DNA from: an uncultured Eubacteriales bacterium
GTDB lineage: Bacteria; Actinomycetota; Coriobacteriia; Anaerosomatales; PHET01
Direction: 5' to 3'
DNA length: 52,707 nt
NCBI GenBank assembly: GCA_964500985.1
Contig: CAZCRB010000006.1
Coordinates: forward strand, 1-52,707
Below, piece after piece: positions 28,226 through 37,672 of the stretch (position 1 is the stretch's first letter; every line of letters begins with the position of its first letter). The position numbers and the translations under genes were made by a program. Under the pieces are notes generated by a model. It was not told the origin of the DNA. It saw only the letters and a list, made by a program, of their open reading frames with translations, and made no database searches.

Positions 28226-30573
28226 TGCGCGTTCTCCTGCGGACTGTCTGCGGACGCCGACCCGTCACCGTGCACGGGGACAGCGGCACCGGTCTCGACA
28301 AGGCGCGCGAGCATCAGCCATACGATCCCGATCCCGAGGAACAGGAAGATCATCGCGGGAATGACGATGCCGCTGTCCTCGGTGAAGTACGCGACAGCAC
28401 CCGCCGTCAGACACACGGTGATCGCGTCAGAGAAGTACGGGTTGGCGCCGAGCGTGTCGGCGAAGTCGCCCTGCGGCCGCCAGCGCATGAACCCGAGAAA
28501 CGCGAGGACCGCAACGAGAACGTAGGCCCAGTTCGTCTTGGTCAGTACGCGCAGGTTGGTCTGCGCCTTGCGCGCGACGATCGCCGCAAGCTCGCCCACG
28601 CCACCCTTCTGGGCGCTCGTCAGCGCGCGGCCCAGATGCGTCTGAGCGTTGCCCGCCATCAGGTCGAACGCCGAGAACACGCCGATCAGCAGGGCGACCA
28701 CCACGAGCGTGACGAAGACCATCTTCCACGACACGTGATGCCCGTTCATCAGGAACCACGCCAGCACGAAGCCCACGACGCCCCAGATCGCCACCCCTAC
28801 GTTGGCCCCCCAGAAGGGGGCCGACGAGGTGACGATGGTCATCACACCGATGAGCGCCAGACCCCACCGGGTGCCGATCCGGGTCCATCGCGAATCCGGC
28901 CACGTGTCGAACAGCAGGGAGACCCCCACGAGCGCCGAGCCGAACATCAGCGCCGCACCCTCGTTGCCCAGCCCGTAGAACCGGGCGGCGAGCAGCGGCG
29001 AGTACCCCGAGAAGTTTGTGAAGGAGAACGGCGCGCCCATCCATTGGTCCACCAGGATGACGAGCATCGTCAACAACGAGACCGCCGCGACGGGGATCCT
29101 GAACGGGGCGAATGCGGAAAGCGCAAGCGCGCCCGCCCAGACGACCACGACCGCGGCCACGAACGCCCACACCGCCGCGCCCGGCGTCGCCGGCCAGCGC
29201 GAGACAACGAACATGAGCCACGTCGAGACCGGAACCGCCAGCAACAGCAGCAGCATCCAGCGCAGCACGCGAACCCACCAGCGCACGGCGACGAACGACC
29301 AGTGACGGGCACGGACGAGAACGAACGCAGCGACCACAAGCACGGCGACCATGAAGCCGACGAAGGTGTTGATGACGTAGGGCTTCGCAGTGTCCAGGGC
29401 AATCGCCGTGGCGTCCATCCGCATGAGCGCCGCGACGCGCGACTCGACCGTCGGCGGCCCCGAGACGAGCGTCATGGGATTGCCGAGGACCTGGACCGGC
29501 TGGTCGATACCGAGTGTCTGGAGCACCGTGGCCGTCACGTCGAGGTTGGTGACCAAGCCGTCACGGTGGGTGGAGGCCGACGTCACCAGTCCCTCCCAGC
29601 CGGGAGCCGAGACGATGATGGGGCCGAGCCCCTCCTTGGTGCCGGAACGCGGATCGCCGGTGGACTGGGAGACGACCATGACCATGTCGTCACCGAAACG
29701 CTCCGACGCGAGCTTGACGACCTCGTCGAGCGTCGCGAGCGCGCGCTGCTTCTGCCCCTCGGCGATGCTCGGTGTCACCTGGGCTTCGAACTTCTTCGCC
29801 CGGTAACCGTCGCCCGCGTCAAGCACGATGAGCGACGGGCCGTCGTGCTTGGTGGTCACCTTATCGACCTCATCGAGGGCCCGACCGAAGCGGTTGAGGT
29901 CTGTGGCGATGCCGAACGGTGCGTTGGGGTCTTCCTGCACGAGCCGCGGCGACACGTCACCCAAGGCGACCAGGCCCTGCGCGTCCATCGCGGCCAACGC
30001 CGCGGGGCGCACGCGCCGTTGCTCGCCGGTCACATACCCGACGTCGGAGTTGCCGATCGCCGCGGTCAGACCGCCGGCGTCGGTCACCGCGCTGCCGAGC
30101 GTGCCGAGCACCACGTCGAACGAACGAAGCTCGTTGACGCGCTCGGTCATCGGCAGCCCGAGGAACACGATACGGTTGTCCCCCACCTGCTCGCCGGTGG
30201 TGCGCCGGTATGCCTCAGCAGCGGTGCCGACCTCGTAGCTCTCGTCGACGTTGTAGGCCGCTGCCGCCTCGTAGCTCGGAACGGCCCAGGCTCCCGCCGA
30301 GATGGTCAGTGCGCCCTCGAGCGGCGAGGGCGGCTCGCCTTGCTCGCGCGCACGGCTGCGCGCATTCACGTCGCCGACGGCACCTTGCGTGGCCAGCCGC
30401 CACATCGTCGGCGTCTGGGTCGGCGTGACGTCGGACCACGTCAGGTACGGGGCGATGATGATGACGGCGCGCCGGCTCTCGGCGGGCGAAGGGCCGGCGA
30501 TGGCGTGAGGGGTGCCGAGCCACACCGCGCACACGGCGGCTATCAAGGCGGCTATGGCAAGGAATCGTTTCAT
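28222..30573 (-). CDS. Large membrane protein: signal peptide + ~390-aa extracytoplasmic domain + C-terminal polytopic (≥10 TM) domain
   Basis: 783 aa. The ectodomain shows remnants of the alkaline-phosphatase/sulfatase superfamily: AVIIIAPYLTWSDV..TPTMWRLATQG resembles the first strand plus TPNLDRLAxEG, and ...STHRDGLVTNLDVTATVLQTLGI resembles the C-terminal strand-helix. Catalytic residues appear diverged. The TM domain lies after the ectodomain, reversed relative to LtaS/EptA/YejM. Confidence 0.8.
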   Translation of the reverse strand: MKRFLAIAALIAAVCAVWLGTPHAIAGPSPAESRRAVIIIAPYLTWSDVTPTQTPTMWRLATQGAVGDVNARSRAREQGEPPSPLEGALTISAGAWAVPSYEAAAAYNVDESYEVGTAAEAYRRTTGEQVGDNRIVFLGLPMTERVNELRSFDVVLGTLGSAVTDAGGLTAAIGNSDVGYVTGEQRRVRPAALAAMDAQGLVALGDVSPRLVQEDPNAPFGIATDLNRFGRALDEVDKVTTKHDGPSLIVLDAGDGYRAKKFEAQVTPSIAEGQKQRALATLDEVVKLASERFGDDMVMVVSQSTGDPRSGTKEGLGPIIVSAPGWEGLVTSASTHRDGLVTNLDVTATVLQTLGIDQPVQVLGNPMTLVSGPPTVESRVAALMRMDATAIALDTAKPYVINTFVGFMVAVLVVAAFVLVRARHWSFVAVRWWVRVLRWMLLLLLAVPVSTWLMFVVSRWPATPGAAVWAFVAAVVVVWAGALALSAFAPFRIPVAAVSLLTMLVILVDQWMGAPFSFTNFSGYSPLLAARFYGLGNEGAALMFGSALVGVSLLFDTWPDSRWTRIGTRWGLALIGVMTIVTSSAPFWGANVGVAIWGVVGFVLAWFLMNGHHVSWKMVFVTLVVVALLIGVFSAFDLMAGNAQTHLGRALTSAQKGGVGELAAIVARKAQTNLRVLTKTNWAYVLVAVLAFLGFMRWRPQGDFADTLGANPYFSDAITVCLTAGAVAYFTEDSGIVIPAMIFLFLGIGIVWLMLARLVETGAAVPVHGDGSASADSPQENAQ

Positions 30574-30765
30574 CCGAACCCATGATAGCCGAACCGCCTG
30601 CCCACCCGGGTGACACGGGGGTTACGTGTGCAAGAAGCCGCCAAGCGCCTCGGGTACACTGTTGCGGGTCGCCGAAGCGACCCTGCGGGCCATGGCGCCA
30701 CGCGCCCGCACGGGACTGGAGGAACCACCATCAGCACGCCTTCCATCGCACGCTCGACCGCCCTG

Positions 30766-32346
30766 ATGTCTACCGCGACCACGCTGTCGCGCGTGACCGG
30801 GTTCGTCCGGATGTGGGCCACGGGTTTCGCCCTCGGTGTCACCGCCGTCGCCTCGGCGTACAACGTCGCGAACAACATCCCGAACATGGTCTTCGAGCTG
30901 ATCGCCGGGGGCATTCTCTCGTCGTTGTTCATCCCGACCTTCATGGAGCTGCGCGCCGGCAAGACCGAGGACGACGCGTGGCGCTTCGCGAGCCACGTGT
31001 TCAACCTGAGCGTGCTTGCCCTCGGCGTGGTCGCGGTGATCGGGACCGCCTTCCCCGAGCCGTTCATCTGGACGCAGACGTTCATGATGTCGCCTGCAGA
31101 AGCCGCCACCGTCCGGCCCGTCGCCGAGGCGTTCTTCCGGTTCTTCGCCATCCAGGTGGTCGTATACGGCGGCGGAATGGTCGTCCAGGGCCTGCTGAAC
31201 TCGCAGCGCAAGTATCTCTGGACGGCCCTGGGACCGGTGTTCAACAACGTCGTCGTCATCGTCACGATGTTCGCGGTCGCCGCGATCGCCCCCCGCTCGA
31301 CCGACACCGCGTTCATCGTGTTGGCGGCCGGAACCACCCTGGGCGTGTTCGTCATGTTCGCGGTGATGGTGCCCCAACTGCTGAGAGGCGAGTTCCGCTA
31401 CACGCCCGAGCTCGGTCTCAAGGACCCGGCGGTGCGGCGCATGCTGGTCTTGGCCGGCCCGACGATCCTGTACGTGGTGACCAATCTGGTCGCCGTGTCG
31501 TTTCGCAACGCGTCGGCGTTCTCCGTGTCGGACAACGGGCCATCGATCCTCATGTTCGCGTGGACGTTCTACCAGCTCCCCTACGGGATCCTCGCGGTTG
31601 CCCTGGCGACGGCCGTCTTCACCGAGCTGTCCGAGTCCGCCGGCCGCAAGGACCACGCGGAGTTCAAGAAGTTCTTCCGCCAGGGCCTGTCGACGACCGG
31701 CGTGCTGATCCTGCCCTCCGCCGCGATGCTCGTCGCGCTGGCAGAGCCGCTCGTCTCCATCTACCAGGTCGGCCGCTTCACCGCCGGTGACGTGCCGCCG
31801 GTGGCAGGCGCCCTGCGCTTGTGGGCACTGGCGCTCGTCTTCTACGCGTCGAGCATGTTCGTGCTGCGGACGTTCTACTCGCTCAAGGACACGCGCACCC
31901 CCATGTTCGCCAACCTCGCGTTGACGGCGGTGCAGATCGGCCTGTATGTGGTGCTGACGGGCGGGCTGCGCTCGTGGGCCGGCCTGGGTATCAACGGTAT
32001 CCCCCTGGCCGACGCGGCGTTCTACGCTCTGTTGTTCGCCACCCTTCTCGTCTTGCTCAACCGGCGCATCGGCGGCTTCTCGGGCAAAGCGATCATGGTG
32101 ACCTATGCGAAGATGACGCTTGCCGCCGTCGTGGGAGGCGGTGCCGCATGGGGCGTCTCGCAGCTCCTCGCGCCGGTGGGTGACGGCGTCGCCAGCGCTC
32201 TGATCCAGGTCGCGGGTGCCGGCGTCGTCGGCCTCATCGTCTCGTTCGGGATCGGTCGCGTGCTTGGCGTCGAGGAGGTGCGCGCGGTCGGCGCCTTGAC
32301 CGCGCGTCTCACGCGCCGGATCCGCCCGCACAACAAGGAGCGCTAG
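30766..32346 (+). CDS. murJ: Lipid II flippase MurJ (MviN, MOP superfamily)
   Basis: The N-terminus MSTATTLSRVTGFVR...NVANNIPNMVFELIAGGILSSLFIPTFME is the canonical MurJ start. 14 predicted TM helices. The track ORF begins at 30610, but those first 52 codons have low GC3 (about 65%) and no family similarity. Confidence 0.85.
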   Translation: MSTATTLSRVTGFVRMWATGFALGVTAVASAYNVANNIPNMVFELIAGGILSSLFIPTFMELRAGKTEDDAWRFASHVFNLSVLALGVVAVIGTAFPEPFIWTQTFMMSPAEAATVRPVAEAFFRFFAIQVVVYGGGMVVQGLLNSQRKYLWTALGPVFNNVVVIVTMFAVAAIAPRSTDTAFIVLAAGTTLGVFVMFAVMVPQLLRGEFRYTPELGLKDPAVRRMLVLAGPTILYVVTNLVAVSFRNASAFSVSDNGPSILMFAWTFYQLPYGILAVALATAVFTELSESAGRKDHAEFKKFFRQGLSTTGVLILPSAAMLVALAEPLVSIYQVGRFTAGDVPPVAGALRLWALALVFYASSMFVLRTFYSLKDTRTPMFANLALTAVQIGLYVVLTGGLRSWAGLGINGIPLADAAFYALLFATLLVLLNRRIGGFSGKAIMVTYAKMTLAAVVGGGAAWGVSQLLAPVGDGVASALIQVAGAGVVGLIVSFGIGRVLGVEEVRAVGALTARLTRRIRPHNKER

Positions 32347-33041
32347 TGGACATCGCCGTACTGATCCCCGCACACGACGAGGCCGAACGCATCACCGCTA
32401 CCGTCGAGGCCGCGCTGACGATTCCCGGCGTGGGCCGCGTGGTCGTGGTCGATGACGGGTCGACCGATGACACGGCCGAGCTCGCCGAGAAGGCCGGTGC
32501 GAAGGTCGTGCGCATCTGGAACAACGTCGGCAAAGGAGCCGCGCTGGAGAGCGGAGCGGCGCGCATCGAGAACGCCGACATCGTGCTGCTGCTCGACGCC
32601 GACCTCGGCGAGACGGCGGCCCAGGGCGCGCTTCTGCTCGCGCCGGTGCTCGACGGCACCGCCGACATGTCCATCGCGCGCTTCCCCCGGGCCTCCGGGA
32701 AAGCGGGCTTCGGGCTCGTCAAAGGGATGGCGCGCTTTGGGATCGCGCGCATGGGCGGCGGCTTCCAGGCCGACGCGCCCCTGTCGGGCCAGCGGGCGCT
32801 GACCCGCGAGTGCTTCCTGACGGTGCGGCCGTTCGCCACAGGCTACGGGGTCGAGGTCGCGCTCACCGTGCGTGCGCTGCGCGCGGGATTCCGGCTCGCC
32901 GAGGTGGAGACGACCATGAAGCACGCGGCGACCGGCCGTGACCTCAAAGGGTTCGTCCACCGTGGCCGCCAGTTCGTCCACGTGTGCCTCGCCCTGCTGC
33001 GCCTGGCGTTCGAGCCGACGCCACAACGGGCGCGCGACTGA
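32346..33041 (+). CDS. GT2-family glycosyltransferase (Dpm1/GtrB/GpgS-like, polyprenyl-phosphate sugar synthase type)
   Basis: 231 aa with LIPAHDE...VVVVDDGSTDDT...LLLDADL (the DxD region). The GTG start overlaps the murJ stop by 1 nt (TAGTG) and is preceded by AAGGAG plus 5 nt. Confidence 0.85.
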   Translation: MDIAVLIPAHDEAERITATVEAALTIPGVGRVVVVDDGSTDDTAELAEKAGAKVVRIWNNVGKGAALESGAARIENADIVLLLDADLGETAAQGALLLAPVLDGTADMSIARFPRASGKAGFGLVKGMARFGIARMGGGFQADAPLSGQRALTRECFLTVRPFATGYGVEVALTVRALRAGFRLAEVETTMKHAATGRDLKGFVHRGRQFVHVCLALLRLAFEPTPQRARD

Positions 33042-33062
33042 GCACTCTCGGGCCCGTGAGGC

Positions 33063-33914
33063 CTAGCGTGCCGGGATTGGCGGGAACTCGGCCGTCACGC
33101 CGTCGCCGGTGCCGTACCGCCCTGGCTCGGCCCCTATGAGCAGCGCGACGAGCGTGTACTGCCCCACCGAGGTGCCGACGGTGTCGAACGACGAGACGCC
33201 CTCGGCATACGCCGTCTGCGCCAGCTTCGACTTGGTGTCGATCATCTGCGCCGCCACACCCTTGTCCTTGCCCTGGGTGACGGCCGCCTTGGTGATGGCC
33301 AAGGCGAGCGGATCGGCATCCTCGCCCGCGATCGCCATGTTGACGATGCCGGCCAGCGCGACGCCGGGCTCGAGGCCGTCCACCGAGATGACGCCCGCAT
33401 CGACCAACGAGGTCGTGAGCGGCCGCGTCTGCAGCGGCTGCAGCCATTCGGCGGCAAGGGCCGCCCCGATCTCGTCGAGCGTGGCCGACTCGGGCAGACC
33501 CGCGGCGCTCGCGACACGAGAACGCGTCGCATCATCACTCAGGCCGGCACCGGGCTTGAGGACCGCGATGCTCACACCCTTGGCTCCCGCCGACTCGATG
33601 TAGGCGTTGACCTCCGTGACCCCCTGCGTGCGCCCGATGTTGGAGACGACGCCATAGGTGCGTCCGACCAAGCGATCGGTGACCCAGTTTGCGGTCATCT
33701 CATCGGCGTACGACCCCAGCAGGGCGTTTTGCGACTTGAGGTCGTCGTTGGTGGCGCGCAGGTCGGCGAACTCCTTGCGCAGTCCGGACACGAGCGCCTC
33801 CTGCTGGCTCGTGAACGTCCCGCGCTGAACGACGAGGCCCCCGAGCACGAGTCCGAGCGCCAGCGCGAGAAAGACCCCGACCAGCGATGCGATGTGGTAG
33901 CGAAGGTTGTACAT
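33063..33914 (-). CDS. steB: SteB / MctB-like membrane protein (Rv1698 family)
   Basis: 283 aa. The N-terminus MYNLRYHIASLVGVFLALALGLVLGG closely resembles the MctB/Rv1698 start (MISLRQHA.SLAAVFLALA.GVVLG). A coiled-coil segment follows. Its position next to the steA homolog matches actinobacterial synteny. Confidence 0.7.
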   Translation of the reverse strand: MYNLRYHIASLVGVFLALALGLVLGGLVVQRGTFTSQQEALVSGLRKEFADLRATNDDLKSQNALLGSYADEMTANWVTDRLVGRTYGVVSNIGRTQGVTEVNAYIESAGAKGVSIAVLKPGAGLSDDATRSRVASAAGLPESATLDEIGAALAAEWLQPLQTRPLTTSLVDAGVISVDGLEPGVALAGIVNMAIAGEDADPLALAITKAAVTQGKDKGVAAQMIDTKSKLAQTAYAEGVSSFDTVGTSVGQYTLVALLIGAEPGRYGTGDGVTAEFPPIPAR

Positions 33915-33929
33915 GAGGTCCCTTTCGGA

Positions 33930-35057
33930 CTAGAACCCGAGCCAGGCGCGAACGCGCAGCACCACGAGTTCGAGGAACGCGCGAGCCTCGGGCGACACGA
34001 TGATGATGGCCGTGACCACCGCAAGGGCCCCGGCCACGAGGATGACGAGATGGCTCGGACCCACCGCGGATCGGTACAGCTTGTTGACGCCCTTGGCATC
34101 CACGAGCTTGGGCCCGACCTTGAGCCTGACGAGGAACGTCGAAGCCATGCCCTTGCGCCCCTTGTCGAGGTACTCGACGAGGTTTGCGTGAGTGCCCACG
34201 GCAACGATGAGGTCGGCACCCGACTCCCACGCGAGAAGCAGCGCGAGGTCCTCGCTCGTCGCGGTGAGGGGCCAGGTGTGCGCCCCGGAAGCCACGCCGA
34301 GCTGCTCGAGACGTTCCATGCCGGGGGCACGGCCGTCCGCGTAGGCGTGCACGATGAGCTCGGCTCCGCTCGTCAACGCCGCGTCGGTGACCGAGTCCAT
34401 ATCGCCGACGATGATGTCGGGCTTGAACCCCGACTCGATGATCGCGTCCGCTCCCCCGTCGACCCCCACGAGCACCGGGCGCATCTCCCGGATGTAGGGC
34501 GACAGCGTGGCGATGTCCTCCTTGAAGTCGTAACCTCGCACGACCACGAGGACGTGACGACCGTGGATCTCGGTCCGAACCGACGGGACCCACGTCTCGT
34601 CGGTGAGGATGGCCTTCTCGCGTTCGAGGTACTCGATGGTGTTGCGTGCGAACTTGTCGAGCTGCTCGCCGAGGTTGGCCTTGGCGGCCTCCATCTTGGC
34701 CTCGACCTCGCTCACGGACAGGCGCGTGCCGTGGGCGCAGACCTCGCCGCCCTTGAGGACGTCGTCGCCCACGACCTCGATCTGGTCGCCTTCCTTGAGA
34801 CAGTCGAAGATGTCGGATCCGACGTCGTCGATCAGCGTCACGCCGCCACGCGTCAACAGCAGCGGTCCGACGTTGGGATACGCGCCGGAGATGGACGGCG
34901 AAGCGTTCACTACGACCTCGACACCGGTGGTGAGGATGGCCTCCGCGCTCACGCGATCCATGTCGACGTGGTCGATGACGGCCACATCGTCGGATCCCAG
35001 GCGCTTGACCAGGTCCTTGGTGCGCTTGTCGAGCTTTGCGATACCCGAATGACGCAT
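33930..35057 (-). CDS. steA: Putative cytokinetic ring protein SteA (Rv1697 family, TPK-like fold)
   Basis: 375 aa starting MRHSGIAKLDKRTKDLVKRLGSDDVAVIDHVD..., with a C-terminal hydrophobic helix. It lies between recN and steB exactly as Rv1697 does in Mycobacterium and as steA does in Corynebacterium. Confidence 0.65.
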   Translation of the reverse strand: MRHSGIAKLDKRTKDLVKRLGSDDVAVIDHVDMDRVSAEAILTTGVEVVVNASPSISGAYPNVGPLLLTRGGVTLIDDVGSDIFDCLKEGDQIEVVGDDVLKGGEVCAHGTRLSVSEVEAKMEAAKANLGEQLDKFARNTIEYLEREKAILTDETWVPSVRTEIHGRHVLVVVRGYDFKEDIATLSPYIREMRPVLVGVDGGADAIIESGFKPDIIVGDMDSVTDAALTSGAELIVHAYADGRAPGMERLEQLGVASGAHTWPLTATSEDLALLLAWESGADLIVAVGTHANLVEYLDKGRKGMASTFLVRLKVGPKLVDAKGVNKLYRSAVGPSHLVILVAGALAVVTAIIIVSPEARAFLELVVLRVRAWLGF

Positions 35058-35163
35058 GAGACTCCGAGGTCGGCTGACATGACGCGCACACCCCCACAGG
35101 AGCGCGCGCTCGCGGGGTATCCTACCACGGAGCGGACCGCCGAACCGCTCCGAACACCGACTG

Positions 35164-36816
35164 TCAGCCGGACGTCACGTCGCTGGTGGGCACGGCCGTC
35201 GTGGCGGCATCGAGCACCTCTCTGGCATGGGCACGACTCGCGGCGGAGTCGTTGCCCGAGAGCAGCCGCGCGACCTCGGCGACGCGGTCCTCACCGACCG
35301 CTTCGTTCACCGCGGTGACGGCCACGTCTCCCTCGAGCCGCTTGGAGACGACCAGATGCTCGTCCGCGAAGGCGGCCACCTGGGCGAGGTGCGTGACCAC
35401 GATGACCTGATGGCGCTGGGCGAGTTGGACGAGACGCCTGCCGACAGCGGTCGCCGTGGCGCCGCCGATACCGGCATCCACCTCATCGAACACGAGCGTA
35501 CCGACGGTGTCGGCGTTTCCGAGCACCCCTTTGAGGGCGAGCATCACACGCGAGAGCTCGCCTCCCGAGGCGATGCGCGCGAGCGGTCGGGCCGGCTGCC
35601 CGGGCGCCGGCGCGTAGAGGAACTCGACTCGCTGGGGGCCATCCTCACCCCATGCGTCGAAGTCCAGATCGGTGAAGGCGACCTCGAACCGCGCCCCCGG
35701 CATCGCAAGGTCGGCGGTCTCGGCCGCCAACGCCTGCGCGAATCCGTCGGCGGCCGCGACCCGGACGCGCGAGAGCGCCGCTCCGGCCCGCTCCAGGTCG
35801 CGCCTGCACGTCGCCAGGCGCTCCCGCGCAGCCGTGACGGCGGCGCCACCGTCGTGCGCCTCTAGCAACGACGCGCGCGCCTCGTCGCGCTTGCGCACCA
35901 CGTCGTCGAGTCGTGGGCCGTACTTCTTCATGACGCCGGCGAGCTCCGAGAGCCGCGCCAGCACCCGCTCGAGGGCCGCGGGGTCGTGCTCGATGCCGTC
36001 GCGGTAGCTGCGCGCGGCGACGCCGGCGTCATCGATGACCGCGGCGGCCTCGACGAGCCGCGCCGCGATCGCGTCGAGCTCCGGGTCGATACCCTCAAGC
36101 TTCTCGAGAACCGCCTGCGCCTCGGCGACCTTGTCGAGCGCACCGCCGTCCCCGCGCAGCAGAGCGGCCGCCCCACCGGCGGCCTGCGAGAGCCGCTCGG
36201 CGTTTTGAAGCGTGGGCAGCTTGGCGCCGAGCAGCTCGTCCTCGCCGACCTGCGGGTCAACGCGGTCTATCTCCTCGACGACGAAGCGCAGGTAGTCCTC
36301 GTTGGCCTCGGCGGCGGCAAGACGGTGCTCGAGCTCCGCGAGCTCAAGAGCGGCCGCCTTGTAGGCGAGTCGCGCGTCCGCGTAGTCGGCCCGCGCCATA
36401 GCGCACGCCTCGCCGGCCCAGCGGTCGAGATAGCCTACGTGCGTGCTCACCGCAAGCAGTGCCTGGTGCTCGTGTTGGCCATGCAGGTCCACGAGCGGTC
36501 CCACCACCTTGGCGAGCGCACCGACCGTGGCCATCTCGTCATCGAGCGTGCAACGGCTGCGGCCGTCGGCGCCGACCCGTCGCCGGACGATCACCTCGCG
36601 CCCCGCACTGAAGAAGCGTCCCTCGACGACCGCCTCGCGCGCACCCGAGCGCACCGCTCCGGCATCCGCCCGCTCGCCGAGAAGCAGCTTGAGAGCGCCG
36701 AGCAGGGCCGTCTTGCCCGCGCCCGTCTCTCCGGTCAGCACGGTCATCCCCGCGCCGAAGCGCAAGGTGACGTCTTCGATCAGCGCGAGATTCTTGACGT
36801 GGAGTTCCTCGAGCAC
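35164..36816 (-). CDS. recN: DNA repair protein RecN
   Basis: 550 aa with Walker A GETGAGKT, an SMC-like coiled coil and the C-terminal signature region. Confidence 0.9.
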   Translation of the reverse strand: MLEELHVKNLALIEDVTLRFGAGMTVLTGETGAGKTALLGALKLLLGERADAGAVRSGAREAVVEGRFFSAGREVIVRRRVGADGRSRCTLDDEMATVGALAKVVGPLVDLHGQHEHQALLAVSTHVGYLDRWAGEACAMARADYADARLAYKAAALELAELEHRLAAAEANEDYLRFVVEEIDRVDPQVGEDELLGAKLPTLQNAERLSQAAGGAAALLRGDGGALDKVAEAQAVLEKLEGIDPELDAIAARLVEAAAVIDDAGVAARSYRDGIEHDPAALERVLARLSELAGVMKKYGPRLDDVVRKRDEARASLLEAHDGGAAVTAARERLATCRRDLERAGAALSRVRVAAADGFAQALAAETADLAMPGARFEVAFTDLDFDAWGEDGPQRVEFLYAPAPGQPARPLARIASGGELSRVMLALKGVLGNADTVGTLVFDEVDAGIGGATATAVGRRLVQLAQRHQVIVVTHLAQVAAFADEHLVVSKRLEGDVAVTAVNEAVGEDRVAEVARLLSGNDSAASRAHAREVLDAATTAVPTSDVTSG

Positions 36817-36822
36817 GCCCGC

Positions 36823-37671
36823 TCAGCCCCCAAAGAACTCTGAGGCGACCGTCTCGTAGAAGTCGCGACCGTCGTACTTCACGAGCGCCACGTCGCGCTG
36901 CGACCGGCGCAGGGTGACGCGCTCGACCGAACGACGACACGGGGTGGGGTCGCCGTCCACGAGCACGCAGGCGTCCGCTCGCGAGGCGTCCGGCAAGACG
37001 ACGTCGACGGTGTCGGCGGCCCCGGTGAGCAAGGCGCGCGAGGCCAGCGTGTGCGGCGCCACCGGCACGACCACCATGCCGTCGAAACCGGGGGTCACGA
37101 TCGGTCCCCCGGCAGAAAGCGCGTACGCGGTCGAACCGGTCGCGGTGGCCACGACCAGCCCGTCGGCACGCGTGCTGAGCACCCGGTGCCCGTCGATGGA
37201 CACGTCGAGCGCGATCACGCGGCCCGACGCCCCGCGCGAGATGACCACTTCGTTGAGGGCGTCGTAGGTCCCGACGACCCGCCCGTCCATCACGACGCTC
37301 GCCTCGAGCATCGCGCGCCGCTCGATCCGCGCGTCTCCCGCAAGCGCCGCGGCGACCGCATCTCGCATCGTCTCGGGCGTCGCGCCGGCGAGAAAGCCGA
37401 GCCGGCCGAATTTGACGCCGAGCAGCGGGACCTCTCGCGGACCGACCAGGTGCACGGCCTTCAGTATCGTGCCGTCGCCGCCGAGCGCCACCGTGAGGTC
37501 AAGGGTACCCAGCGCGGTAGGCGCGACACCGAATCCGTCGAGCCTGGCCGCGGCCGCGTCCTGTGACACCAGCACCGGCTCGACGTCGCGAGCGACGAGC
37601 CAGGCGCACAGCTCGCCCGCTGCGGCGACCGCGGCGGCGTTGGATGTATGCGGTACGAGCAGAACGCGCAC
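36823..37671 (-). CDS. ppnK: NAD kinase
   Basis: GGDGT motif (LGGDGTILKAV) and NE/D motif. The GTG at 37671 has a GGGAGG SD with a 5-nt spacer and lies directly after the tlyA stop. The track start at 37713 would overlap tlyA by 41 nt. Confidence 0.9.
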   Translation of the reverse strand: MRVLLVPHTSNAAAVAAAGELCAWLVARDVEPVLVSQDAAAARLDGFGVAPTALGTLDLTVALGGDGTILKAVHLVGPREVPLLGVKFGRLGFLAGATPETMRDAVAAALAGDARIERRAMLEASVVMDGRVVGTYDALNEVVISRGASGRVIALDVSIDGHRVLSTRADGLVVATATGSTAYALSAGGPIVTPGFDGMVVVPVAPHTLASRALLTGAADTVDVVLPDASRADACVLVDGDPTPCRRSVERVTLRRSQRDVALVKYDGRDFYETVASEFFGG

Positions 37672-37672
37672 G

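Noticed and set aside
30610-30765. 52-codon N-terminal extension of the murJ track ORF
   Set aside because: GC3 is only about 65%. There is no similarity to MurJ. The canonical MurJ N-terminus begins at the ATG at 30766.
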